A stretch of DNA of 64,000 nt from Octopus sinensis (Eukaryota), in contig NC_042998.1 of assembly GCF_006345805.1 (NCBI RefSeq), forward strand, positions 158,100,001 through 158,164,000, given 5' to 3'. Position numbers and translations under genes: made by a program. The notes below the pieces were generated by a model. That model was given only the letters and a program-made list of their open reading frames with translations. It had not been told where the DNA came from and did not search any database. Below are positions 47,040 to 58,860 of this stretch, piece by piece; position 1 is the stretch's first letter; each line of letters starts with the position of its first letter.

Positions 47040-48670
47040 TACGCACACACACACGCACACACAGACTCTCTCTCTCAGTCTGTCTAACTATCTATCTACA
47101 GGCAAACAAGCATATATTTATGTGTGTGTGTGTGTGTGTGTGCACGTGTGTGTGTGTGTATGTGTGTGTGTATAAATCTTGCTAAACATCACTAAGTATT
47201 AAATATATATGTATCAATCAGTAAATCAGTAAATATATGTTGCTGAATTGATTGATTGGTTAATTGATTGATTAATGTAATTAATGTAATTAATTAATTA
47301 ATTAATTAATCAATTAATTAATTCAGTTTATTAACTGGGTGACTAAGGGAATCAGTCATAGCATGAGAAAAATCGAAGAAACTTTTCATACGATGCAAGG
47401 CAAAATGTGTTAATCAAAAGAAGGGACATAATTACGGTATATACTTTATAAAAGTTATTTCCCTTAGACCAACAATTTGTTATATTTTATGTACGTATAC
47501 CAAGAAAGAAAATATGAACATTTGGCGAATTATAAGCGCTACATTCCTAGAAATGATACATAAGTTCGACTTAAATCTGGATCTCAATGAAGAAACAGAG
47601 AGTGAGAAAGAAAATGTGTTCAGATGGCCCAGTTAATTTATAGACAGAAAAAATCCGTTACACCTTTTAGCCAAGCAGTTTCCATTTCAGCTTATCCCGC
47701 AACTAATACATAGACAATGGAGTTAGTTCCTATTCGGTTTTACATTTATATGACGATAATGAATCGTTATGTATATGCAATACTATTCCAATGTACAGCG
47801 GCCTGTTTCTATAGAGAGTCCACAGCCTACACACACACACACACACACACACACATACGCACGCACACACGCACACACAGACTCTCTCTCTCTCAGTCTG
47901 TCTAACTATCTATCTACAGGCAAACAAGCATATATTTATGTGTGTGTGTGTGTGTGTGTGCACGTGTGTGTGTGTGTATGTGTGTGTGTATAAATCTTGC
48001 TAAACATCACTAAGTATTAAATATATATGTATCAATCAGTAAATCAGTAAATATATGTTGCTGAATTGATTGATTGGTTAATTGATTGATTAATGTAATT
48101 AATGTAATTAATTAATTAATTAATTAATCAATTAATTAATTCAGTTTATTAACTGGGTGACTAAGGGAATCAGTCATAGCATGAGAAAAATCGAAGAAAC
48201 TTTTCATACGATGCAAGGCAAAATGTGTTAATCAAAAGAAGGGACATAATTACGGTATATACTTTATAAAAGTTATTTCCCTTAGACCAACAATTTGTTA
48301 TATTTTATGTACGTATACCAAGAAAGAAAATATGAACATTTGGCGAATTATAAGCGCTACATTCCTAGAAATGATACATAAGTTCGACTTAAATCTGGAT
48401 CTCAATGAAGAAACAGAGAGTGAGAAAGAAAATGTGTTCAGATGGCCCAGTTAATTTATAGACAGAAAAAATCCGTTACACCTTTTAGCCAAGCAGTTTC
48501 CATTTCAGCTTATCCCGCAACTAATACATAGACAATGGAGTTAGTTCCTATTCGGTTTTACATTTATATGACGATAATGAATCGTTATGTATATGCAATA
48601 CTATTCCAATGTACAGCGGCCTGTTTCTATAGAGAGTCCACAGCCTACACACACACACACACACACACGG
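47040..48670 (+). repeat. 818-bp apparently identical tandem duplication bounded by (CA)n
   Basis: tataaatcttgc at 47171 and 47989. ORF-track start MELVPIRF at 47717 and 48535 (offset 818). Confidence 0.95.
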
Positions 48671-48708
<38 letters not shown>

Positions 48709-48759
48709 ACATATACATACACACACAACATTAAATATTACACACAAGCACTAGTTTGT

Positions 48760-49040
48760 CGCAGGAGTAGCTATGTAGTAAGGCGTTTGCTTGTGAAGCA
48801 CATAATTCCGGGTTCACTGCGTGGCACATTGCACAATTGTCTTCAGCTATAGCTTCGGGCTGACCGAAGCCTTGTGAATGGATTTGATAGTCGGAAACTG
48901 AAATAAGCTCGTCGCGCGCGCGAGAGAGCTGTGAATAAGTGTGTGTGCGTCCTCCACTACCGCTTGACAATTCCGGTATTGGTTTCTTTACGTCCCCGTA
49001 AACTAGAGGTTCGACAAAAGAGACCGTTAGAATAAGTCGA
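48760..49040 (+). mobile_element. SINE family B copy
   Basis: gcaggagtagctatgtagtaagg..actgcgtggcac..tttacgtccccgtaa..gttcgacaaaagagacc. Confidence 0.75.
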
Positions 49041-49059
49041 GGTTTATCACTTCACACAT

Positions 49060-49700
49060 CCCGCACAAAAATCCAGTGCCCTAATGATTCCAAATGGATT
49101 TTTTTGTAGTTGAATAAAAACAAGTTCTACAATACCTGGAGAATCTCTTCATCCTCCTCCAAGCTGGGTAACGTTTACCCAGCAGCACAACTCCTGTAAG
49201 AATTCTATGATGCCCTAGTGTATCACACAGATCTTGAGCTTTACTCCTTCCTAAACCGAAACCAATCCTTCTGAATCCTTGCCGAAACGTTCTCCACCAT
49301 ATTGGTAAAGTCCTCTTTTCTTCGTCTTCTAAACAATGATAGCTCCATAAGCAATACTCCCATAAAGAAAGCCTCAATTTTCGTTGCCTGTTTTGCATCC
49401 AACTCCACGTCACACACCCTCAACCGATTCCCTCCAAATATTCTTCTTTTCGCCCCTTTGCTTATACACATGCCAGGTATGGAAATAGCGCCATTTGTTT
49501 CAAACGAATGAATCCATCAGTTCTAACAATGTCCCTCACTACAATATGCCCTCAAACTTTCTCCTTTACACACTAAAACTTTTTAATCCCTCAGTATCTA
49601 CGAGGTTATACTCCGACATTTGGAAACATACTACAGTGTGTTCTGTTTGAAAGGAATGCAACCCCTCCTACCGAACGAACTATGGCCCCATTGCTCTCAC
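49060..49700 (-). mobile_element. RTE-like LINE 3' fragment
   Basis: Minus strand: ELDAKQATKIEAFFM..RRRRKEDFTN, LGHHRIL, GKRYPAWRRMKR, like AFEM..RR, WLGH..R and GKR.RGRPRKRW. Confidence 0.5.
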
Positions 49701-50435
49701 TTCTCATGACTCCAAGAAACAAATATTAACAACCTATAAACTGCAAGCAATGTAATGTCAATCAACAGCAAAAAAAAAAAAAAAGAGGAGCGTTGCGACA
49801 ATACAATCACTATAAATGCAACGAATCAACTTAACCCAAAACATAGAATGATAATTTAAAGACAACCGATACGAAAACACCCCCACCTCCGCACACGCAC
49901 GTACACTCTTAGAAATACTCATACACTCACACGCGCGTGCGCGTGTATGTATGCATGATATTTACACACATGTATTTATATATATGATATACTGACGTTA
50001 TTTTTTTTATTGAATCGTAATATGAGCGGAGAAGGTCTCGTATTTATGATTCTGTCAATGCTTATCAGTCCAGGTTCGATGATATTTCAATTGTATTCTT
50101 ATTTTTAATTTTGTCAATATTTTCATCTCAGTCACACTTCAACAGTGTGAGAGGTCGATATAACCGATTCTTCCGTTTCCCAGAATTTATACCAATTCCG
50201 AAGTTAATGGTTAATGTGTATCAATGTAAGTTTTGAATTGTCTCTGACACTACAACCGAACTTGTTATTTGTTTCACGTCTGTATTGATCTTGTTTGAGA
50301 AGGTCTGCTTTCATGTGTACTAATTGCAATGACTCTTAAATGAATTTGCATGTATCATTATCTGGGATATTAAAATTTTTTTTTTTCCTTTTGAGTGAAG
50401 CAGCCACGTGTCATATTATTAACAATTAACATATT

Positions 50436-50830
50436 CTTTTCTACTCAAGACACAAGGCCTGGAATTTTGGGTGAGGGAGCCAGTCAATTAGATCGATCAG
50501 TACGCAACTGGTACTTAATTTACCGGCCCCGAAAGGATGAAATGAAAAGTTGACCTCGGCGGAATTTGAACTCAGAACGTAGCGGCAAATGAAATACCTA
50601 TTGCTTTATTGCCCACAAGGGGCTAAACACAGAGAGAACAAACAAGGACAGACAAACGGATTAAGTCGATAACATTGACCCCAGTACGTAACTAGTACTT
50701 AATTTATCGACCCCGAAAGGATGAAAGGCAAAGCCGACCTCGGCGGAATTTGAACTCAGAACGTAGCGGCAGACGAAATACTGCTAAGCATTTCGCCTGG
50801 CGTGCTAACAGTTCTACCAGCTCGCCGCCT
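50436..50830 (-). mobile_element. Full composite SINE family A with 17-bp TSD
   Basis: TSD ttaacaattaacatatt at 50419-50435 and 50831-50847. The body carries the core twice around a linker (aacaaggacagacaaacggatt on + strand). Confidence 0.92.
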
Positions 50831-51464
50831 TTAACAATTAACATATTAACATATTAACTATTGACAGATATTGCACATGTTGGGATCGTTATCATGCCTG
50901 ACAAAAAGCTTAACAGCACAGATTCCGGCTTTTGTTGTGAGTTCAAATGCTACCTTTGAGGTCAAGTTTGCGTTTCATCGCTCTAAATCGATCAAGTGCT
51001 AGTTGTGTGGAGACGATGTAATCGACTAAGATACAACCGCAAAATTTCAGGCCTTATAATTAGAGAATATCACACATGTTACTTCTAGTCCATCATAGGA
51101 CTATTTAAAGAAATTCGAACAAATCTAGTTTAATTACATACTTGTCCCTTCAGATCACGATCAGCCTATACTTTTCTACAATCAAAAGAGAAGTGCATCC
51201 ACGATATTACTATGCTTAGTATTTGACTGTCTGAACATTGTTTTGAATGATAGCGGAAGAATATCTTCGTCGACCATTGAAAAAGTACTTTCATCTGTTT
51301 CAGGAATGACATTTGCTGTCTCGGCTGGAGCGTCGGTGAGTTAATAAAACCTCAAGTCTATGGACGATCACACCACGACATGGTCTTTAAATTGTTAAGG
51401 GTATTTTTGTTCAAATTAGTCTTTTTAAAAGATAAGTAATATTACACTACACTCTGAAGGCATA

Positions 51465-51790
51465 TAGCGAAATGGTTAGGGTGTTGCGTGCATGATCGCT
51501 AGATCGTGGATTCAACTCCCAAAGCGGGCGATGTCGTTTTTGAGCCAATCACTTCATTTTACATTGCTTCTAGTGCTGTGTGGGGACCAGCATAACAAAT
51601 ATCGTTTCCTTGAAGGCGGCAGAGTGGTTAGCACGCCAGGCGAAATGCTTTCGTCCGTCTGCTGAAGTTGACTTTACATTTCATCTTTACGGGATCGACA
51701 GAATAAGTACCAGTCAAGCACTGGGGTCGATGTAATCGACTAATCCCTCTCCCGAACTTGCTGGTCTTGAGCTAAAATTTGAAATCAATA
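51465..51790 (+). mobile_element. SINE family C head fragment followed by a family A copy
   Basis: tagcgaaatggttagggtg..ggattcaactccc..gagccaatcacttcatttt, then ggcggcagagtggttagcacgccaggcgaaatgc..taagtaccag. Confidence 0.65.
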
Positions 51791-52529
51791 TTACGCTACA
51801 CAGTACAGTATCAGTCATTTAATTGACATTATCATAATCAATTGTTTTATTGCAAAGACGGTGCATACATTATAATGTTCTCACAGCCTCAAGTAATAAT
51901 ACCATGTGTGCGTGTGAGTTTATGTATCTTAGCTAAAACAATAGCTCGAATTTGATTTGGACATATTGCTTATAATGTATAGGTGGTGTTGGCGTAATTG
52001 AACATAAGGAAAGTATTATTATACAACAGTAATTAGTATATTTCGGGTAAAATGGGTTAGAAATATTTTTGCCAGTTTCCTCTTGAAAAACCGTTCTACG
52101 AGAAGAAAATAGACGCGACGATTTTGTTTATTTCTTTAGTAATAACAGTATGCTAAGTTATGCTAAAAAACTGTAAAGGGCATTTTCAACGACCTCTACA
52201 TTTTTATACTGATACGGTACACTCTCAGCTTGTCAGAGTATGTAATAACGTCTTAAATATTTGAAAAATGCAAATGGAAAATATAAAAGTAGTCCAATTA
52301 AAAATAGAATTTTTCTAGAAAATATTTTACTATTCTACAGGAACAATGGTCTGAGATTGTCGTCTTTAAATATCGTACTGTAGTCTCTGAAAATTGATTT
52401 ATTTTTCATATACCAATTCTGTACAGTAATTCCCTCCTTCTTTAGAACTCTCACCAGAAACAGTTTTACAATACATTTCTCTATGGCGGAACATTAAAAA
52501 GAAATGAAGGTATTAACAATGCAAGAAAT

Positions 52530-52742
52530 ATAGGTTTCAAATTTTGGCAAAATGCCAGCAATTTCGGAGGAGTAGAAAGTCGATTGCATAAACTACAGTG
52601 CTCAGCTGGTTCTTAATTTATCGACCCCAAATGGATGAAAGGCAAAGTCGTCCTTGACGGAATCTGAACTCAGAACGAAAAGACGGACGAAATGCCGCTA
52701 AGCATTTTGTCCGGCGTGCTTACGTTTCTGTCAGCTCACCGC
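52530..52742 (-). mobile_element. SINE family A copy
   Basis: gatgaaaggcaaagtcg..gaactcagaacg..gacgaaatgccgctaagcatttt..cagctcacc. Confidence 0.8.
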
Positions 52743-53019
52743 ATTACTCAGTGCGAAAAATATAAGAAGCACATAAGAAATAAAAACATAACAGCAAGAT
52801 AAATTAGCCATGTAAACTGACAGCATAAGGGAGACTGGGTCTAGTTGTTACATTTTTTTCATTGTTTTTTTTGCCTTGGCACCCACATAAATGAACACAG
52901 CTGAAATTTCTTTTCAGATTTAATTAGTAAAACATCTCTATTTATTGTTATCACCAGCAAAAAAGAGAAATTACATAACATTAATTAGACACGTTCTAAT
53001 TAATGAGGTGGTGTCAGCT

Positions 53020-53910
53020 GTAACAATTTTCCCCGAGTGCGGGTTACGTTGTGACACTTTCGATAACTCGGAATTATGTGAATAAAGTTTTAAATGAATA
53101 CGTTTCCTGCTTCTTGCATCTAGGAAGCATTATTTTAATTAACTGTGCTTTGAACCACCTCATATCTTAACTGTTACATTGCCATTCTTACATGTGCCAT
53201 CTAGTCGGAATCGCTAGCTGCGAGGCTGCTTCCCTTTGCCGTTACCTGTTTTAGTTGACTTTCCCTTCCCCTTTGTTGCCTTTTCTGTACCAGTTGCCTT
53301 CTTTAGTTTGGATTTCCGTTCGTTTATTTCATCCACTATGCGTTGTTTTACGGCAACATCCTGTAATGATTTCTTTTCATCAGCAACCTAACAGCTCTTT
53401 CCATGACATCAGGAGGAGTACCCCACCCTTGTAGTCCTCCTTTTTTTTTTATTTTTAGGCATGGAATGTTAAACTGAAATAGAAGGGGTAAGTTGTTACA
53501 TGCCCGGGGTAAGTTGATACACTGTAACAATTAGCCCCGACCATGGATTTCAGGGGATTACCTCGTACACAGCACTAACAATGCATGGCATCCAGGACAC
53601 ACCTTTATGTATCAAAGGCAACTGCCAACACTTTCTAATGAGCCACAAACTACTTTAGTAACACCATGTGTGCTTTAGTTGTTAAGGAAATAACTTTGTG
53701 ACAAAATTTAACTTTTGAAGTAAAAAATCGTTTTTTGAACCATAACTTTTCTGGTGACAACGCACCAGTACAATACACATGTGCAGTCATGATGCTGTGG
53801 AGTTGACCTTCATGGGGTAGAGACCCGAGTGCCACCTATTTCTTGAAGTTGGAAACAATGGGCTTGTAGCAACTTACCCGTGTAACAACTTGACTCGGTC
53901 TTCCCTATAA
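53020..53910 (-). mobile_element. Probable pogo/Tigger-like non-autonomous DNA transposon relic
   Basis: Terminal and subterminal ggggtaagttgttaca-type repeats (53485-53520, and rc at 53865-53910 ending ccctata). Minus peptide GWGTPPDVMERAVRLLM resembles a psq-type HTH start. Confidence 0.4.
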
Positions 53911-54154
53911 GAGAAAAATAATGTTACACACCAAATATTTATGAAAATGAATTAGCTCTATATAATAAAAATATATGTAACCTTACTGTTAAACAATATT
54001 TGTCTTACAGATTGTTGGCTACATAAACTGTCATACTGAGAGAATATGTGCATTTCTAACAATATCAACGGTTAAATTTAGCGGCAGAGAAACCGTCACT
54101 CAATGATTATCCCCCTCAGTGAAAGTGATTTCTAATGCATTAAAGTTTATTGCA

Positions 54155-54332
54155 AAGGGTATACGTATCAGTAACAAAAAAGTAATGAATAAGGACGCAT
54201 TTTGTGGTACTGGACGAGTTGTTTCTTTTCTCTTCACCTTTTTTTTATAACGCTTTTAAAGCTTGTTATGTTGTTGTTGCTACAAAATGCGTCCTTATTC
54301 ATTACTCTTTTGTTACTGATACGTATACCCTT
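54155..54332. repeat. Inverted repeat, 51-bp arms (50/51 identical), 76-nt spacer, at the 5' edge of a PLE
   Basis: 54155-54205 = rc 54282-54332, followed by CTGAAGA (54334-54340). Confidence 0.95.
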
Positions 54333-55800
54333 GCTGAAGAGGACATCACAATACTAGAATTGCCCAAATTGTACTAGGAGAAATGGTCATGGATATGAAT
54401 GGATCTCTTGCTCCAAACAGATCAGGAGTTACCTTTGACCTGATTCACTGGCCAGAAAAACTCTTTTTTGTGACAGTAGAAAGCCGAAAGAGAAGATGTC
54501 ACATCTGTGATGCTACAACCATTTAAAAGCTTTGATATGCTCTTTGAAGAACAAATAAAAGAAGGCCCTCACTAATGCCAATGCCACAGGTTCGGAAACA
54601 ACAACATATGACTACAACAATTACATTGAAATTAAATAACAGAAGCTTTGAAAGCAAAACCAGCGGCAGCAACAACCGCATCACCAACGGAAACAGCGGC
54701 AGAACCCCCAAGATAAGAGCAGTAGCAGAACGCACTACCAAGACTTCTCAAAAAGTTACCTAGTTTGGGGCCAATTTCACAGCAACACATAAACACAAGC
54801 TGAGACACAAAAGAAAATACCTCTTGCTTCCCCCGCCTCGGAACTTTCCGAGTCGGAGACTTTATATTACATCAACTGATCACAAGAGTAACTTCTTAGC
54901 AGAACCTAAATGCTATTAAAAGTGAGTTGCGTAAGACCTGGAGAAATGTAGTAGGTCAAATCAGCACCCATGCCATACAAGTCAGTACCCGTCGACTCAG
55001 CAAAATACAATCATTCTTTCATTAAACAATACAAGTATAGCTACAGGAGTTAGCATCAACTAAGGTATCACTTTCAACTAATGCTAGCCAAGTTAATTTT
55101 TTAGATATAACCCTAATCTAAAGCTTGGGTAAAATTAGTCAATACAGAAATCTTAAAGAAAATTTGCAACCATCCACTCATTATTTTAAAATGCATATCT
55201 AAGAACACTAGTACATGGAGAAAGGACATTTATTCCGAAGAGCAATCCTTTAAAAACCGTGCAAAATATTACAACTTATTACATACAAAGAAATTTCCAG
55301 AAAAATACCGAGACAGGATAATACAACCAGTAAAAAAGCAAGTGAAGATAATTTGATATGATCTACTACTTAGCTGAAACCTCTGTTTAAATATCATTCT
55401 ATCTTTTGTGCCATAATGCAACTGCTATGTTCCCCTGTATATAATTGTATTACAGAAAGCATAGAGCGTTGAGCAAAGAACTTTATATTAAATAGCAACA
55501 ACGTAAAATAAATACATAGATCAAAAGCAATAGTTAACTTCTCAGAGCAAAAACACCTCGACACTCTCCAAGTATATTCTTGACTTGAAGAATTAAGTCG
55601 TCGATAATCTCTACGTCAAGGCTCTCGTAAATCGATTGGTTCAAACGCTTTCGTTGCTTATCCGAAGAATATATTGCACTGTTGGAGTTGCTTGGTTTGT
55701 TTAAATCTAAGCTCGATGTTTTCTCTTCGTACCCTCATCAAAGGAAGTAGATTCTACCAGCATTTTCTCCCTCAAATGAGTAAACTTTGTTATCTTAATT
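54215..55800 (+). mobile_element. Decayed Penelope-like element (RT C-terminus, linker, GIY-YIG remnants)
   Basis: VNFLDITLI*SLGKISQYR, NHPLIILKCISK, IYSEEQSFKNRAKYYN, VKII*YD and TSTLSKYI in the order typical of PLE ORFs (VNFLDVTL..YRK; SNHP..I.K; KIIWFNPP; T.LSKYIW). Confidence 0.7.
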
Positions 55801-56651
55801 GTTGTCATCCCCGATCACACTGTGAAGCACCATGAGATAGCTTTTTCATTTACTATTTCCATGCATGTTTGAAACTCCCCTACATCTCGGTGTCGCTATC
55901 GATTTTACTGATACCCACTTCATATTCATATTAGCATCTCTGTACTGGAAACCACTTCATTTATAGTTTTTCATCTTCGTACACCATACCTTGACGTTAG
56001 CTCGTCTGTTTGCAACCATCTCTACAGGTATTTATGAATATCTCTACTACCTCTATCAACCCCAATACACATGTGCATATCACTAAGCTAATTATACAAA
56101 GTGGAGCAGATATGGCTGTTTGGTTAAGATGACCGGTATGAAACCATGTGGATTCAGGTTCTCTCCCACACTGTGGTACTTCAGTAGACAGAGTCGAGCA
56201 CTTTTGAGATATCAACAAGAATAAAAGTACTTGTACCGTTTTAGCTCTGACTCATTTAGCTCTGATTCTTCTGGCTGCTAAGTTCCGTCAAACAGTGGAA
56301 TGTTTTCCAAGAACTCGTCACCATAGTACTTTCTCCAGGTATGCGGTCCAGCAAAATTTCTTGTTGATTTTTGTTACTATCACTCTAAGGGTAACCCCAC
56401 TGTAACTCATCTTCGTAGGGGATTGGGGAAATACAACCTTTAGGCTACTTTTCAATCGATCTTTGATTATATATGCGTTCTACTAGTTTGTCAGTACCTT
56501 ACCAATAGAAATCACTGGATCTTGACTCGAAGACTTTTCAGCTCCATATCGAACCCCAAAACAAATTCTGATATATATACATATATGCATGTGTGTGTGT
56601 GGATAAATTAAGAAATGGAGTCAAACCCAGGTGTTATTCAAACCATTTATA

Positions 56652-56740
56652 CTTCCAACATATGTTTCGAAAAATGCATTGAGATTATTCCGGAGGGAAT
56701 AAAAATGGTGTAAAACAATGCATTCATCTCATCAGGGAAG
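56652..56740 (-). ncRNA. Minimal type I hammerhead ribozyme motif (PLE-associated)
   Basis: Minus strand: stem I CUUCC / core CUGAUGA (56735-56729) / stem II GAUGAAUGCAUUG..CAAUGCAUUUUUC / GAAA (56668-56665) / palindromic stem III CAUAUG / U-U / stem I GGAAG (56656-56652). Predicted cleavage after GUU, between 56657 and 56656. Confidence 0.75.
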
Positions 56741-56957
56741 AAAAGAAACAAAACACCTCAATAAGCCATTTTAACCGAACATGATTACCACGTACGTAAA
56801 TGTTTAATGTAAGAAGGACGCTAACAAATAATATTTTTTAAAAGCCGTTAACAGATTTAACGTCAAAGGTAAATTAGAGGAAGAGAAGGAGAAGGAAAGA
56901 AATTAACAGAAATATATATATGTATATATATATATATATATTATTTTATTATTTTAT

Positions 56958-57175
56958 CCGCTGTAAGGTTTGGCGTGGGTAATAATGGACCATTCGAGAG
57001 TGTAAGGGGTTGAGTTAATCGTTAGTTTACTGATAAGTTGAGATAACGATGTGCTGTTAGAATTTGTTGGGGATTTGAAGCTAGAGTAGTGATTGCTCAC
57101 TTTAGCTTTGAACGTTGTGCTACATGAGCCGATGTAAAATGTAGTTGCAGTAGTTAATTGATACTGTGGCCTTAT
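56958..57175 (-). mobile_element. PLE GIY-YIG fragment, inverted copy of 58413-58629
   Basis: TTFYIGSCSTTFKAKVSNHYSSFKSPTNSNSTSLSQLISKL..WSIITHAKPYSG. Five differences over ~218 bp versus the + copy. Confidence 0.9.
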
Positions 57176-57176
57176 T

Positions 57177-57598
57177 ATTTTACTTGTTTCAGCCATGTGA
57201 CTGTGGCCATGCTGGAGCACCACCCTTAGTCGAACAAATCGACACCAGGAATTATTCTTTGTAAGCCTATTATTCTACCAGTCTCTTTTGCCGAACTGAT
57301 AAGTTACAGAGACGTAAGCACACCAATATCAGCTGTCAAGCGATGGGGGGGGGGCAAAACACAGACACACCCAAACACACACATTCATGCGTGCGCTCTT
57401 ACACGCACATAACTCATGCATACACAGATATATATAAATACGACGGGCTTCTTTCAGTTTCCGTCTACCAAATCCACTGGCTTTGGTCGGCCCGAGGCTA
57501 CACTCGAAGACACTTGCCCAAGGTGCCACATAGTCGGACTGAACCTGGAACCATATGGTTGAGAAGCAAGCCTCTTACTGCACAGCCACTCTGCGCCT
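57177..57598 (-). mobile_element. Full SINE family B copy between the two inverted PLE pieces
   Basis: Tail ttacttgtttcagccatgtgactgtggccatgctggagcacc to head cacagccactctgcgccta. Confidence 0.88.
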
Positions 57599-57609
57599 AA
57601 TATATATAT

Positions 57610-58860
57610 ACATAACGACTTAACAACCACCCCCTTCGCCACCAGATAACCCCCTAATCCAATATACACCACAACCCATTAAAACAGACACCAAGATACG
57701 CACTCCAAACCCTATTTCCATCCAGATAACCCCGCCCCTAATCGGATTAAACGAAATAGAATCTGAGACGTCATATTGTTCCACCCCCACTTCGCCCTTA
57801 ACCAGACTCTAGTATCCAAACTCTTCTTCACCGTACTCGAAAAACACCTCCCTAAATCTAACCCCTTTAGAAAAATATTTAGCCCCGACCTCATCTAATC
57901 TATAAAATTGTCCTGCTCCACCATCACCACCGATATTGCTAGAGTTATCCGACATCTTAACAACAAGAAACACCGAAATTCATCAACAGCTAACTCCAAC
58001 CCTAGTAAATTAATTCAGCATAACCGCCAACTTCATACATATAGACCCAATAAACCAACTGACCCCCATAACAAAACAAACCCTCACAACTACAACTATA
58101 GTGCCATTGCTTACACCCGACCCTTAAATTTATCACAATCCCCAAATATACCTCCTGTCATGATAGAGAATACCACAGAGGATACCACTGGACACAATAA
58201 TTATCATACCATACAACCGAAAAACACCGCCCTCAACTCCTTAACATATCATAACCCTAGCACCAACTATAATAACCAACCAAACACCGATCCCTCTCTA
58301 AATAACAATCCCCTCACAAGCTCATCTGGAAAACCTCTTACAAACCTATGCAACTGTAGATGCGCAACCTCCTGTTCTTTGAATAACCGCTGTCGCACTA
58401 AAAGCATAGTTTATAAGGCCACAGTATCAATTAACTACTACAACTACATTTTACATCGGCTCATGTAGCACAACGTTCAAAGCTAAAGTGAGCAATCACT
58501 ACTCTAGCTTCAAATCCCCAACAAATTCTAACAGCACATCGTTATCTCAACTTATCAGTAAACTAACGATTAATTCAACCCTTACACTCTCGAATGGTCT
58601 ATTATTACCCACGGCAAACCTTACAGCGGGTATAATAATAAGTGTGATCTCTGCATAGCCGAGGTCATGGCTACTTTGCAATCTATGGTCTGTCTTAATG
58701 AACGCAGCAGTATAACATTCACCTGCAAATATCGAGCACTAAATCTATTCTCAAAATGCAAATAATTACAACCCCACCTCGTTCTTATCTCTCCATAACT
58801 CATATATTCTTTTTCCCAATCTAATCTTCCAACCCTACTACAACCGTATATTAATACAAC
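57610..58860 (+). mobile_element. 5'-truncated Penelope-like element (linker plus GIY-YIG endonuclease), inactive
   Basis: VILFHPHF..LEKHLPKSNPFRKIF..IKLSCS; CNCRCATSCSLNNRCRTKSIVYKATV(fs)TTFYIGSCSTTFK..NH..WSII..PY..KCDLCIAE..LNERS..C; stop at ~58790. Confidence 0.9.
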
